From Marsupella aquatica (taxonomy: Eukaryota; Plantae; Marchantiophyta), in contig OZ316892.1 in assembly GCA_973895155.1 (NCBI GenBank), positions 5,674,476-5,738,475 of the forward strand: a stretch of DNA of 64,000 nt, read 5' to 3'. The notes beneath the pieces are model-generated. The model ran no database searches, was not told the origin of the DNA, and saw only the letters and a program-made list of their open reading frames with translations. The position numbers were made by a program, and so were the translations under genes. Every line of letters begins with the position of its first letter. Position 1 is the first letter of the stretch. Below, in pieces: positions 1-12,690 of the stretch.

Positions 1-1269
1 ATTTGCGTCTCATCATAGAAAAGTGAGAATTGACACTTATGTGCGTATGGAATTCCGCCTACGTGTGAAATCAATCTGTTTGTTTACGACGGCCAAAGTG
101 ACAAAGCAACGAGGGCTATCGCTTCCGTAACTCATTGACGGTGGGGGATTAGTCCCGAGCGAGAAAATCGGGAGACACTAGTGTCTACCTTACTCCCAAG
201 TGATGAAATACGCAAAGGTAGGGTCCATAATGCCATATTGTCCCTCTAGGCATTGACAAGCTCAGCACTCCAATCGACACGCTACTGCTCTATTCCCAGC
301 AGTGGAAAAACTGACCCTTAATGTGAGCAAGGTGACGCCCACCGTCTCTCAAGAAATCCTAGCGAGTTTACCTTGATACAAGTACGCACTCATTCGGAAA
401 GGAAACTTCAAATTTTAGATCAGATCCATGTTGTTCCGTCCTTCAAATTGAGCTATACCCTCCCAAACAACGACACGAGTATCCTTTATATTGCCTTCGT
501 TAGTGATTTGCCAAACAGTGGAATAATAATATCCGTCACACCTTCTATCAAAGCTCCCAAGAACTTTGAAATTAAAAGCTTGACTTCGCTTACTCACAAA
601 GACAGTCTAGCAAAATATGTTGGTAGTGGGCATTCATGAAAATTCGCCAGTTCAGAGGTGGTCTGTGGATTCTATCGAAACTATTGAAGCAAAACGAAAG
701 GCCGCAACCAATTGGCTCGACACTACAATTTTTTTGAATCAAAACAACGCCGACTGCTCCATGGAGTTGAGAGGTAACTCCACGTCGTCGAATCCGCTTG
801 GCCCTATGCGAGACTAAAACCAAAAATCAACAGGAAAATCGCCGGCGCTTTGATATATGAAAAACCCACAAACCATTTAAATTCTTAGTTCAAAATTCCC
901 GGCCGAGCAACCAATAAGGAAGCTCACCTTCCATAGCCTCAGCAAGTTAGCTACGGAGAAGAGGTCAAGGTCTTCAAAAGCTACACGAAAGGAAAAATAC
1001 CGGACACGATTCGGATCAGTCACATCCAACACAACCAGACTGAATAAGCAACAATGCTAATGCGCACAGACAAATCCCAGTGGTGACTAGTCCACATGGA
1101 GTCGTACAAGGGATAAAGATGAAACTGGAATCAACTGCGGCTGTAGTGAATCCGTAGAATTTCATTATAAAAACTTCAGCGAAGGAATTGGCTAACCCTC
1201 GCTATGCAAAAAAAGTCACTCCCGGTACCAAAGGTGTGCAATTTGATAACCTAAATTTCAACTCATCAT

Positions 1270-1962
1270 TCATTTTCGCAGGGCTTTTCTTGGACCCTTC
1301 GAGCTCTTCTTTCCAACTCCAGCCTTAGATACACGAAGGCTCTTGTGTACTGCTGCTAGCCGAGCCAAAGCAGCTTGCTTAAGATCAGCTCTGTAACCAT
1401 TTTCTGCTACCTGCGAGAGTGATCCAAGTAAGTGAGAAACTCGCACTCGACCAGTCATACATCGGTAACAACGCTCAAATTTCGTCTCTGTATCGTCATT
1501 CGCAACGCTGCCATCACAACAAAAATTGCAGGAGAAATGAGGGTAACTAACCTGGTTGACGACAGCACGAGCCATCTTCCTGAAATCCCTCTTCAACACT
1601 GACGTGTTGACGGACTGGGCAGGCTGGGTTCCCTTCTTGGTCTTGGTGGTAGAAATGGCCACATTGAGCCCCTCACCGGCCGCTACGATGGCAACAGTCT
1701 TCCTGTTTGCCAAACCTGCAGGAGCAGCGGCAGTGTCAGCTAAAAGCAACTCCCCCAAGACCCATGCACTACCATACCAAATAACCCATCAGACAACAAT
1801 CTGCACACAAGCATACTCACCTGAGTACTTGAAGGTGTTCAAGTTGTACAAGTTGTTAGGCTCGGAACTGAACTGCACCGAGGCGTTGTTGTTTCCGTTC
1901 CTCTTTACCAAGAAGCTGTTATTTTTCTTCACAAGCTGCCACAACAAATCGGAGGACGCCAT
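1270..1962 (-). CDS. RPL28: 60S ribosomal protein eL28; coding exons 1962-1821, 1715-1552, 1410-1270 (148 aa); probable 5'UTR intron ~2303-1964
   Basis: Spliced translation MASSDLLWQLVKKNNSFLVKRNGNNNASVQFSSEPNNLYNLNTFKYSG|LANRKTV...KMARAVVNQ|VAENGYRADLKQAALARL... matches the eL28 family; GT-AG sites with consistent phases. Confidence 0.96.
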
Positions 1963-1996
1963 CCTGCATAGTTTCCCATCTCTTCGGTTAGATTGA

Positions 1997-2005
1997 AAAC
2001 CCTAA
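1997..2005. promoter_or_regulatory. Telo-box (AAACCCTAA) in the RPL28 leader intron; site II-like GGCCCA near 2595
   Basis: Exact motif. Telo-box plus site II is an established module of plant ribosomal protein genes; function here is inferred. Confidence 0.5.
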
Positions 2006-2649
2006 TCGAGACGACTGGACCAAACAAAACCAATGCCGCAGGAATCAAAATCTATACTGCAAGAACAGCTCGTTATTGTGGGCTTAAATGGTAAACCTCA
2101 CCCTCCGTTCCTCAAAATCGGGAAAACTAGAAAAAGGGAGTGAGAGCGAGCAACCCCAAAATGAGTCTAAACACAATCACACAAGCTAACCAGAATGTCG
2201 CTCACACGAAAGAGAACACCACTACTGCCTCTTTTCAATCGTGCTTTGAATCACACGAGGTCAGAATCATGAGCTACGAGAGAGATCAAATTGAAAACCG
2301 CACCTTGCACCCGACGGTAACGAGAATCGAAGCCGGTGGTGTTTGTCGATGGAGAGCGAGGGGAGACCGAAGTGTCGAAAGAGAGAGAGCGGAGCGATGT
2401 TTCCACTCTTGGCCCTGGAGTGAGCGAGGAGCCCTAGCCCCAACGGTCCAGATCCTTCCATGAACGGACCGCCAAGATCAAACTGCGGAGTCGTTTTGTC
2501 TGTCGTGGGACATGATGGGTTCCACGTCGGCAAAAAAGCACCCGAGTACTCTGGATTCCCTTTATTTCAAAGGGGTCCTGGGGGCCCTCGTCCCGGCCCA
2601 GCCCTCCCCTTTCCCAATGGTTGGACATTGGTTGGGACATGAGCGCAAG

Positions 2650-2819
2650 AACCTTAGAGTCCTAATAAGTTCCAGTTCTCAAAGTGAATCACAGCAGAAT
2701 GTAAGTGAGCAAGAGAACAATTCCTTAATTAACCAACCTTAGAGTCCTAATAAGTTCCAGTTCTCAAAGTGAATCACAGCAGAATGTAAGTGAGCAAGAG
2801 AACAATTCCTTAATTAACC
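2650..2819. repeat. Perfect 85-bp tandem duplication
   Basis: AACCTTAGAGTCC...TTAATTAACC at 2650-2734 and 2735-2819. Confidence 0.95.
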
Positions 2820-3612
2820 CTCTCCAGTGCCAGGTCCAAGGGCAAAAAAATAGGAGTCATGAGCATCTGCACTGGTCCACCATACAAAGCAGTCGGCAAA
2901 TATGCAGGGTTCCGCACATGAATCCTTTTTTGGACTCCCACCGGACAACAATTGTGTTCCGCTAACACCCAAGGCCCGACTAAATGGGTCCCCGCCTTGC
3001 CATTCCTACCCTGCAAGAGTGGCCTTGACTTTGCTTGTCAACTGACCTCCGTTTAGAATGTCTGGACGAGATTCTATGTAGGGTGTTGGATCCGACGACC
3101 AAGCTGGGCATGTGCTTCCGGTACACTGCCAGTCGACACACATTGCTTGGAAACAGCGTAGGGTTTTAGTGGGTGGGGAACCCTAGACATTGTGTTTCCT
3201 GCCTGGGCCGGTGAGTGCCAATCGGCCTCACCACTTGGTTTAAAGGCGGCAAGTATGGCAAGGTCGGTTTGGATGCTCTAAGGGCAAGGGCTGGAACCTT
3301 TTTGGCCCTTGAGGTCCTGACCTCAAACTCCCACATACAACAAAAGGGGAATCCAAGAGCAAGGGTGCACATCACACGTAGCAAGGACACAGGTACCAGG
3401 AGTTGCTTTTTCCCAAAAGTTTGGTGAGTCCAAAGGCCTCATTCTTCAAGGCCGTTTACATGCAAGTGCAACTTAGAGCCAACTTACATGTGGATGGCCT
3501 TCAAACTGTCTACCCTTTGCACTCCCTAAACTGCAGGATCTAGATTCTCAAGAGTATAGGTTTATGTTTTGACCACACACTTTTGTCAATAAATTTTAGT
3601 GACATTACAACA

Positions 3613-3945
3613 TGTTGAAGCTCGAGCGATCTACCGTAGATCTCTCACTGTGGGTGCTAGTGTGTCTCCAGCGAGGATGGATAGTGACATCCCTACCCAT
3701 TTGCAGATTTAGTTGCAACACTAGATGTGGACCATTAGCTCCACACTTTTGCATTATATGTGAACCATTAGGCTCATCGCACTTTTGGAGCGACGGTAGG
3801 TCGTTTTACTTTTCCTCTTTCTCAGTTTTTCGGGGGGTGCATTTGCCTCTTTCTCAGTGTTTGGTATGTGTCCTTTTTGGATCTCTTTCCCTTCATTGTA
3901 CTTTGTTTGCCCCTTTGGTAGAAATATGTAATTTTGCTTCTTTTT
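3613..3945 (+). mobile_element. Diverged 5'-truncated 3' end of the CRE-like non-LTR family
   Basis: GATCTCTCACTGTGGGTGCTAGTGTGTCTCC...CACTAGATGTGGACCATTAG plus a T-rich tail aligns with the reverse complement of 34900-35270 and 47150-47520. Confidence 0.75.
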
Positions 3946-4798
3946 AATTAACAATCAATCCCATTTGAACTTTCCTAATTAACAACATATGTTTCATTCA
4001 AAATTTGGCTGACACACAGGCCAACTGGTACCTATTGTGTCTGGTGAGGGCCAATCTCCAATGGCTGTTCCGCATATCATGGCCTGATTAGGTGTATGAT
4101 GTTATCTTGGGTGGTGGCTGTCTATGTAGGCACCTTCTATTCCATTTGACTGGGTGGTTTTTGCTCCCGTGCTTGGTACCAACAGGGCTGGTCCCCTTCC
4201 TCAAAACCAGATAAAATGAACAGCATATGAGTTCAGTCAGTGTGTTGCCAAGATAGTCCTTCAAATAATGGAGAATGATAATGCCTTCTTGCAACATGCA
4301 GACACTATTTTTTTCATGTCTTGGGGAACCAATAGCCTGGTTGTGCTTCACTGTAGATGCACATGTGTATTGTCCTACCCTGCAGGTTGACTCTAATTAG
4401 CAACCTGCCCATACATTGTAGGTTTTTGCACTGCCCAGGGTGACCTATCATTGGTCTGTGGCCTGAGCTGCTGTAGTCACATTGATCCCCATTGGGTCAG
4501 GGACTCCCATGGCCCATCAAAAATGTGCCCGTCCACTCCCCTTGTGACTAACCACAAACCCAGTCTGACAACATCCTTTGTTTTAGTTCACTGTATGTAT
4601 CTATCATGGCCAACTTGGGGGCCCAACTGGAAAACAAATCCGAATCCTGACGGGGTAGTTTCCCCAAACAGCAGGTATCAGCATCTCACAACCTTGAAAT
4701 CTTGCAACAAAAACCCAATAAGTAGTCAACTACTGTACAATCTCTTGGTTATACAGATCCAATACCCAAAATACCCCCTTCTTGATAACCAAGAGCAT

Positions 4799-4935
4799 CA
4801 TTTTTCTTTGCTAGGGGTTGGTCATCATAACGTGTGGACCTGCTTTTGTGCATTTTCTTTGCTTGGGGTTGGTCAACATAGTGTGTGGACCTGATTTTTT
4901 GCATTTTCTTTGCTAGGGGTTGGTCAACCTAGTGT
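4799..4935. repeat. ~51-bp minisatellite, about 2.7 copies
   Basis: Unit CATTTTCTTTGCTAGGGGTTGGTCAACATAGTGTGTGGACCTG... Confidence 0.85.
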
Positions 4936-5383
4936 TAGTTGGAGATGCACGTAGACAATTTGGGGGGGGGGGGGGGATGCTAGTAATTACAGTCAGTGTG
5001 GGGGGACAGGGGACTAGTAAAACACCCATACACTATAGTCTGAAGATTGAATTCCCTAAACAAATAGGAAAAAGTCCATGCATCCCTTGATAATGTATTC
5101 CTTGCAATATGATATGCTACAAAAAAATGTTTTCATGAGCAAGGATGAAATGGCATATAATTATCAAGGTGGCATCCCTTTACTTCTGTATTATTTGACA
5201 TGACAGTAGCAACTTTTCAGAGCGACGATATAATGAGTCACCAACTTCTCAGAACAACGATGGCGGAAATATATAGCACACACTCATGGTTTACAGAGTG
5301 GTAAAAGGAAATCGACTCTTACAAGCACACCGGATCTGTGAGCTAGAATTGAACAGCGCTTCAGGAGAGCGTTGCAATTTGGA

Positions 5384-8300
5384 ATGGGGTCTTCATCCGA
5401 GATCCCGCAGCTGGCATTGCTGGGCTGTGGCATTTTCGCTCGAGATGCCTACATCCCCATCCTCAGAGACCTCAAAGACCACCTATCACTCCGATTCATT
5501 TGGAGCAGATCTGAGGTTGGATCCCCTGTTGTCTCATGGCAACTCGATCCCATGTTGCCCCTTCGACTCAATTTTGCTCAGACGATTTGGGAATCCGGCA
5601 ATTGGAAATTATTGATTCTGAGTTGTCAGTGTGATATGCCCTTCCTTCTTTCTCAACATTAGTTGAATGTTGCTTTTGATGCACTTGTCCGAGTCAACTG
5701 GTCATCCCTTTACTTGAGAACATTGAGTTGATCCTAGGATCATGTCCAATTGGGTTCCTGTGAAGGCGCCAGAGTTGCCATTCTGTTCTTTACTATTTTC
5801 GTAGTTTCTGTGAACTTAGTTTGCAAGAGGTCAGGGCGTTGCAAATTTTAAGTGAGAAAGGGGCAGCACTCGGTCTGGTGTCAGATCTGCAACAGCATTG
5901 CCATTTACTGAGTGTACTATAAGCTAATACTTACCTTCTAGTTCGAGAGGTGAAACGATGAGGTTGACAATGTTACGGATCTCAGGCCCACTTTGCTCTG
6001 CTCCTCAACGTTCTTGGATAATCTGATTTCAGGGCAAAGCTTGAGTACCTTATAGTAATAGATTCCTAGGATGGAGATTTTAACCAGGATTGACATTGCA
6101 GGTGGGCCAAAATATTGAGTTACCCGTTTTATTTTCCTTGACGAGGTTCATAATGAGTTCATCAACAGGTTGACGTTTTATAAAATCGTAAATATGACGG
6201 TGTCTTCTCGCACTGTGTTGCAACAGTTGTTTTAGGCCGGTAGGAATGTCTGGATTCGTGCAATATATGTTTGGAAAGACTTACGCTCACTTTTTGGTGA
6301 GGCTACATATTCCAGTGTACTTTCAACTACTATGTGGTAAAATCTCTACCGATTCACGGAGACTGCCAAGCAAAGTGGTGCCCTGTTTTTTCGAAGCACT
6401 AGTAAATTTATAATTCAGTGGCTATTGCTGTGGACTTTGACTGGTATGTGGGTACGCCAGGTCTCAGCAATTCGACTATTGGCCAAAGTGCACGAGTTTT
6501 CGCCAGAAGCCGAGGCAGAATGGGGGGAAGATGGCATGGAACGGATACTGTCCTCCCCTCAAGTTCATTGTTGTGCTATTGTGCTACCTATTCTCTCGCA
6601 GGTTTCTGCCTGCCATTTCTTGATGGTAAAGTTGATTCATGTTGTGGGTTGGATATGATGATACAATTTTATCTAAGCAGTCATGCAAGCCACACCTCTC
6701 CGAGTGAAAAGTACCATTACTTGTCCAGTTGGAGGATTGCCTTTGTACCGAGATTTTAACGGCTGAAAGAAGTGAATATTGTTGATTCTACATTAATTGC
6801 TTTGTTGGTCGTCTTGGTAGCCCAAGATTGTTTTGAAGGTACTGCGGTCTGGCAAGCATGTACTTCAAGGTCAGTTCATTCTCTCTGGACGCTGATATTT
6901 TGGCAAGCTTGGTTCTAAGATAAAGTGCACCATGTAACGAGACTAGTCAGTGTTATCCATCATTTCTAAACCCACATACGAAAATTGAATCTGAAGTAAA
7001 ACCCAGGCAGTGTCCAAGATGCTCAAGATGCCGTTCCCGCCTGTCAGAATTTGTGCTCAGAGTTGGCTTATGGTTCCTTATGTGTAATACGCCGCTTACT
7101 TATGTATGTCATGCAGAGAAACCTATTGCTGGAAGTAAGTGGCCCTGATTGTTCATGGACGTGGAAGAAAGGGCACGATTGGTTTTATTTTGGGCTAGGA
7201 GATTGCTGTACACTGGAACAGATAAGTTGGCACGCAAATTATTTGTGGTATCGTGTGCAGTCATATTTGTATCAGCTCCTGTCGAGGCTCTCGCTACACG
7301 TTTACGAGATCAATTTGCCAGAATGAGCTGCTGCTCGTGAATTTCTTCTTGTCCAGGGCATGATGTTGTGGAAAGCCTAATGACAAAGATACTGATGGTG
7401 GCAACTTGTCAGTCATGCTGTGCGCATCTCACATGTTTCGTTTTGTGTACTTGCCTGCTTTCTTTGGACAGTATCCGATGTGATTTAAAACACTCATACT
7501 TGTTTTTCGTCTGTCACTTGTACAGCCATGGCAGAGGGAATTGAATCTCTTCGAACTCTTGCCACTGAACTCAATGTGCAAAAAATTCATCCTCCAATTT
7601 GGGCTGTAGCTGAGAACTTTCGTTTTGAACCAGCTTTTGTTGAGGTTTCCTTACGTCCTGGCCTTTTGCTTGAAATCAGTCTACCTTCAACTGTTCCATC
7701 GAGTTTGGGAGGTTTTGCATTCTAAGTTTTCTCGGTTCTCAACAACTTTCTGACATTCTGTCCTTCTCAACCAGGCACAAGAGATGATCAAAGAGTTGGG
7801 CACGATGGTCTTTGTTCAGGTGAACATTGAAGTGCCGATGAACTCTACTAACAAATACTTTCATAACGAATGGCGTCGTGATCCTACTTTGAAGGTGAGC
7901 TATTCTGAACTTAAAATCCTGGTGATCAAATGAAACAGACACGTGGGTCATTAGCAAGACTGAGCCTCGACATTCTTTGTAATGGTACATTCTATAGTTT
8001 GACCACAAAGCACCAACGTGACGCTTGTTTCTCTTCCGTTCTTATGAGCATGTTTTGATTTGGTCAAAAGCACTACATCCTTCTCGAAAGACTACAGTCG
8101 TGGATAGCAGTGCCCTTGAAAGTATTATCGATATATTGTTTCTTGGAGGATTGCGTTTGTACTGTTTTCAGGTTCATACTTTATGGTCCATTTACGGGGC
8201 ATAAGATAAGGAACTGACTGGTTTGTTTCCCGTAGGCTAAGGCTTGTAGGTGCGCTTCTTCCATGAGTAAAAGTACGATGCTAACATATTCTTTCTGTTA

Positions 8301-10212
8301 ACGAAGGGTGGTTTCATCACTGACTGTGGCGTCCACTATGTTGCTGCTCTCCGAACCATGGTATAGACCTTTCAAAGCTATAATCTAGTTCCTGAAAGAG
8401 CAATGAAAATGATCTCCGAAGTGAAGGACCTATTTCTTAGTACTTGGAAATAGCATACGCTGCTGGTTCAAGGGCACATTTACTTGTCTTTGTTGTTGAA
8501 TCTCGATTACTGTATTGTCTTATTCTATAGATCTTAGACTCACTTTTCGTCTCTGGTCAATCTCGATTCGTCTTGTGTCCTTTTCTGCAAATCTGGAAAA
8601 ATTCAATCAAAGTCTAGATCTGTAGAACAAGATAGCAGTCGTTGAGATTGACCAGCGAGAAAAATATTACTGGCTAGTATTCTACTGCCTGCGTTTCTCT
8701 TCATTCTACAAACTAGGGCAGACTAGTATCTATCAATTTTCTCAATCGTCAGCTTGATGACAAAGTTGATGGTTGTAGCTGGGGGTTTGCAATATTGCCT
8801 CGGTCACGGCTTTTGCAACTCACAGGGACCAGAGTGTGCCTCCACCTGACACACTGACCACTCTTTTGTAAGTGCTAGCGTAGTATTTGGTACTTCTCCC
8901 TTATGAGGATTTACATAATGGAAATAAAGTAAGCTAGTAGAGATTTCTTCAAGCTCGCCATGCAGTCTTCCTTTGCAAGGTCCTCAGAAATCTACAATAG
9001 CAACTGTAAATGCTAGGAACGATGAGGTGTCTTGGAAGCCTTGTGGCAAAGATCCTTGACGAAGCTTGGGAAGTACCATTCTCTCATGTTCTGGAGTTGT
9101 CTTTGCAGAACACTGGACAATGGGTGTTCAGGGACTATGATGATATCTTTTTCATCTCCTAATAACAAGGTCGGTTAAAGAGCTTTGTATGATTTCTTCA
9201 ATCCTCAAGATGGAGAAGATCAGTTGCGCTTGTTTCTATTCCATTAACGTTCTGATACGTACCATTTGAGCCAAACTTGTTCCTGCAGTGCAATGAGAAG
9301 GAAACAATCTAATTTCTTGATTCTGCCGGTACTTCGTGTATGAATGCTTTGGAGCGGACCCTACAGTCCACATGGCGAGTAGTATGCTCCAAAGGTACAG
9401 TTGAAGTAGAGCGAGGATTTCATGACAACAAACTTGGCTACACTGTAAGTTCCCAAAACACCCCATTGCTGTCTTGTGCTGCTTCTGCCCTTGGCGCTCT
9501 TTTATATGAGGAGACATCTATTGGTTTTATTGCATAACCAGTTTCTTCTGTGGGCTCGTTTATGCAAATAAGAAAATAAATGCTTAACAGAAGGCGAAAC
9601 GAAATGTTTCTGGTACACTACATAGCAATGCATTTGGAGGGTGTAACCGGTGACTTTCTTAACCAGTGAGGATCTCAGTTATCCTTAGTGATTCATACAC
9701 GCTTGTTGTTAATGAATTTTGTTCTTGACCAGGTGAAGTTAATTCCTTTTGGGGGCAAGAGCAGTTTGAAATTTATCCCTGTGCAAGGATTGCAGGAGGA
9801 AATGAAAGCTTTTGCAACAGATATACTAAACAGACGCATCCAGGTACACTGATAGTACCAACTCTCTTCGAAGCATCATTGAATCTGAGGAGGATGACAT
9901 CACCCAATAATTTCTTTAGGGCTAGCAACACGTCGTTTCTTAAATCTCAGTTCCTGGTGACTCTTCAAAGTCCCCTTAGTCATTACTTGTTGGGGCGCAT
10001 GCATCTAGGATGTCAATTGTGGTTGGCAGGTTCTAACAGTGGCCTCGGAAGTTGTGATACAGGCTGGACATACGCCTGATTTTCGGAGTTCGCCATTGGA
10101 AGCATTGCAGGACTTGGCAATAATTGAGACTGCTCTGTTGTCAGGAGGGCATAAGGATGCTCCAGTTGCTGTCCGACCTCCCACTATAAGCGATTCACTA
10201 TGGACATCGTAG
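5384..10212 (+). CDS. Gfo/Idh/MocA-family NAD(P)-dependent oxidoreductase; exons 5384-5515, 6461-6601, 6821-6869, 7117-7134, 7526-7644, 7775-7894, 8307-8360, 8779-8867, 9109-9169, 9367-9444, 9733-9843, 10030(or 10063)-10212
   Basis: Rossmann motif LALLGCGIFA, GKHVLQEKPIAG, WAVAENFRFEPAF, GGFITDCGVHYVAALR, TLDNGCSG, WRVVCSKGTVEVERG; all GT-AG and phase-compatible. Confidence 0.9.
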
Positions 10213-11858
10213 GAGCAACATGAGATGTGATTTTCAACTTGGTGAGATGAGATCGAGATCCGGTAATTCCCGTAAGCCAATTCAGGTGTGAGTCCTAGTA
10301 ATCCTATTCAGTGTAATCGAGAGTGTGAGGGAAGTCAGCATTTATTCTTTTTGGTAAAGACATGAGTGACACATTCAAACACTGACAGCACCAGGTCCTG
10401 ATGAGCTTGATGACATCATTGATCGTGTCAGAATTATCTGGCTCGAGCCTTCTACACCGCTAGGATATAGACTAAGTAGTCCTCTAGGGTAGTGTAAGAT
10501 ACCCGACGAACATGCCTTAGTGAGGGAAGCAGTGGTGAACCAGGGGATGTGCGGATTCGACCCCTTTTTTCATGTCATCTTGGGTGTGAATTTCATGTCA
10601 TCTTGGGTTTGGCTTTCACAGACATCATTTGTTTTATTTTCTTGGCAGGCATGCCGGGCGAAATTCGAAGATTCAGTTGACCTGACTGGCAACATCTATA
10701 CTTGGCAGGTTCTAACTACATGTTCTGAGGGCTCACGAACTTCCACGATAAGTAGTTGGACCAACAATATTCTCAACCTGCAAAATTTAGCTACAATTGC
10801 AAAAGCTTTTACCTTCTTCATTTTTACTGGTAGTCCGCCAAGTCCAATCCACCAAGGCAAGGCTCTAACCATGGAGGATTCAGATTCCTCTGGCTATTTC
10901 TGTAGAAGCTTCAAGCTACTTGATTAAGTGAATAAAGGCTATTCCCGCTTCAGTGACATTTCCGTTAAAAAGATTTTGCCCTTCTCAATAATACTGGTAA
11001 TTGGACAGGATCCTGGATATGGCAATGAATCCTCAGCTTGTTTGGGTTGTGACGACCCTGCCTATTTTACAGCACGAAATCTATCTGCAAATAATTTCCT
11101 CCCCACTTTGAAGGCGAAGGCTCCCTTGTTCTTTAAAGAGTGGCACATCATTTAAGGATTCCAAGGAAAGAAAACCAATAATGAACAAGCTCAGGATTCT
11201 TCAAGCAGCTGCTAACCGGATAACTCCACAACTTGGTCGGGTTCTTCCAATGATGTCAGTTTGAAATCAAAACTTGGCGTGGGGCTATTCCGTAGAATGT
11301 CTACCTTAGAATTCATTGAAAACAATTCTGAAAGGATCCTCAAGATCGTGATCTGCCAATATAAACCCCAAAAATAGCAAACATGACAAATGGATGACAG
11401 CATTCTTTCGTTTGCAAACGATTCAAAGTCCCTTCAAGTACCAACAATACTGTTGACAAAATCTACAATATAGGCATAGAAGCTGGAGACATCCGACCTT
11501 TACTTCACTACTCTTGGTTACTTCATTTCTTTACACATCCGAAAAGCTCAAAATATGGAAGTGCCTGCAACGCATCAGAATTAGAGACATCGTTGGAAAA
11601 CCCTAACGTGCCCTTCACTTTTGGAGAAATCTTCGGCCCAAATTTACACAGGTCGATCCCTCATCGGGAATTTGTTGAAGAGTGATGATACAAACATGCT
11701 AATGTTGCCCTAAATTTCCGCAGCAGACAAGATACTTACAACTGACCATCTTGCGTGCAGGGAGCCCTAAAATCTGTGAAACTGGCCATCCGACTACTGA
11801 TACACCAGAATTTCAAATATATGGAGTCAAGTCATGCTGTTCGCAAATCGCCCGTCCT

Positions 11859-12530
11859 TCAGCTTCTCCCTCCTTGCAAAAGATTCGAGAAAGACGGGGC
11901 TGGTTGATTCCGCATCTCTTCTTGTACCCTCTTCATCTCCTCAGGATCAATGCTATCCATCAGCTTAGGCAGAAGGAACACGGCCACGACCATGAAGCCA
12001 ACCATCAACCCCATGGGGCTCTTCAACAGAGACATAGCCGAGAAAGGTTCCCGTTGCTCATAATACAACTCCTCCCTGATGGGCTCGAGCACCAACGAAT
12101 CAGCATAATACCTCCTCGTCTCCACTGCTAATGCCCTAACCTGACCGTGAAGCCTCGCACTCACATCCACCCGCACGGGAGAGAAGTAGTACCCCAACGC
12201 CGAAACCTCAAGCAGATGGGTGCCGGCCGTCACATCCTGGAAGGCGAAGTACCCATCTGGCCGAACGTATGTGACTCGCTGCCCACCATTCCAAATCACC
12301 CGGATGTTTGCCGTCTTGCTTGGGAACACTCGCGCACCCAGGCCTTCCACCTTGATGCGGCCCTCCACCACATAGCCTTCAGAAGCAGCTCCAGCTCCAG
12401 CTCCTGCTGCTGCCGAGGCCGAGCTTTTGGGAGGAATGACAGTCAAAGCGGCTTCAGCGAAAGTGAGAAAGGCGACGAAGACGAAGAGCAGGGCGAGAAT
12501 TTGAGAGATGGGGAGCTTCATCATCGCCAT
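11859..12530 (-). CDS. EMC7: ER membrane protein complex subunit 7, single coding exon
   Basis: Signal peptide, RPDGYFAFQDVTAGTHLLEVSALGYYFSPVRVDVS, YYEQREPFSAMSLLKSPMGLM, TM helix, LPKLMDSIDPEEMK. Confidence 0.93.
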   Translation of the reverse strand: MAMMKLPISQILALLFVFVAFLTFAEAALTVIPPKSSASAAAGAGAGAASEGYVVEGRIKVEGLGARVFPSKTANIRVIWNGGQRVTYVRPDGYFAFQDVTAGTHLLEVSALGYYFSPVRVDVSARLHGQVRALAVETRRYYADSLVLEPIREELYYEQREPFSAMSLLKSPMGLMVGFMVVAVFLLPKLMDSIDPEEMKRVQEEMRNQPAPSFSNLLQGGRS

Positions 12531-12690
12531 CACTCCTCCGAATTCTCACACAATCGGGTCTGTCTGCGTTCACGCTGATTGTCTCGTTGAAGTAATGAAT
12601 GAACGACTCAACTATGCGTTCGTGCTTTACTTTCGATATTTCCACACTTCTGGTCCAGATGAGGGTCTTCTAGCTTTCCTGTATGACTGA

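Noticed and set aside
1-830. Short ORFs at the window start
   Set aside because: No recognisable motif or consistent exon chain.
1556-1996. Antisense or alternative-frame ORFs over RPL28, EMC7, the methyltransferase, the retroelements and the cargo gene
   Set aside because: Shadows of real coding sequence.
10520-11700. ORFs between the oxidoreductase and EMC7
   Set aside because: No family signature; probably 3'UTR or intergenic sequence.
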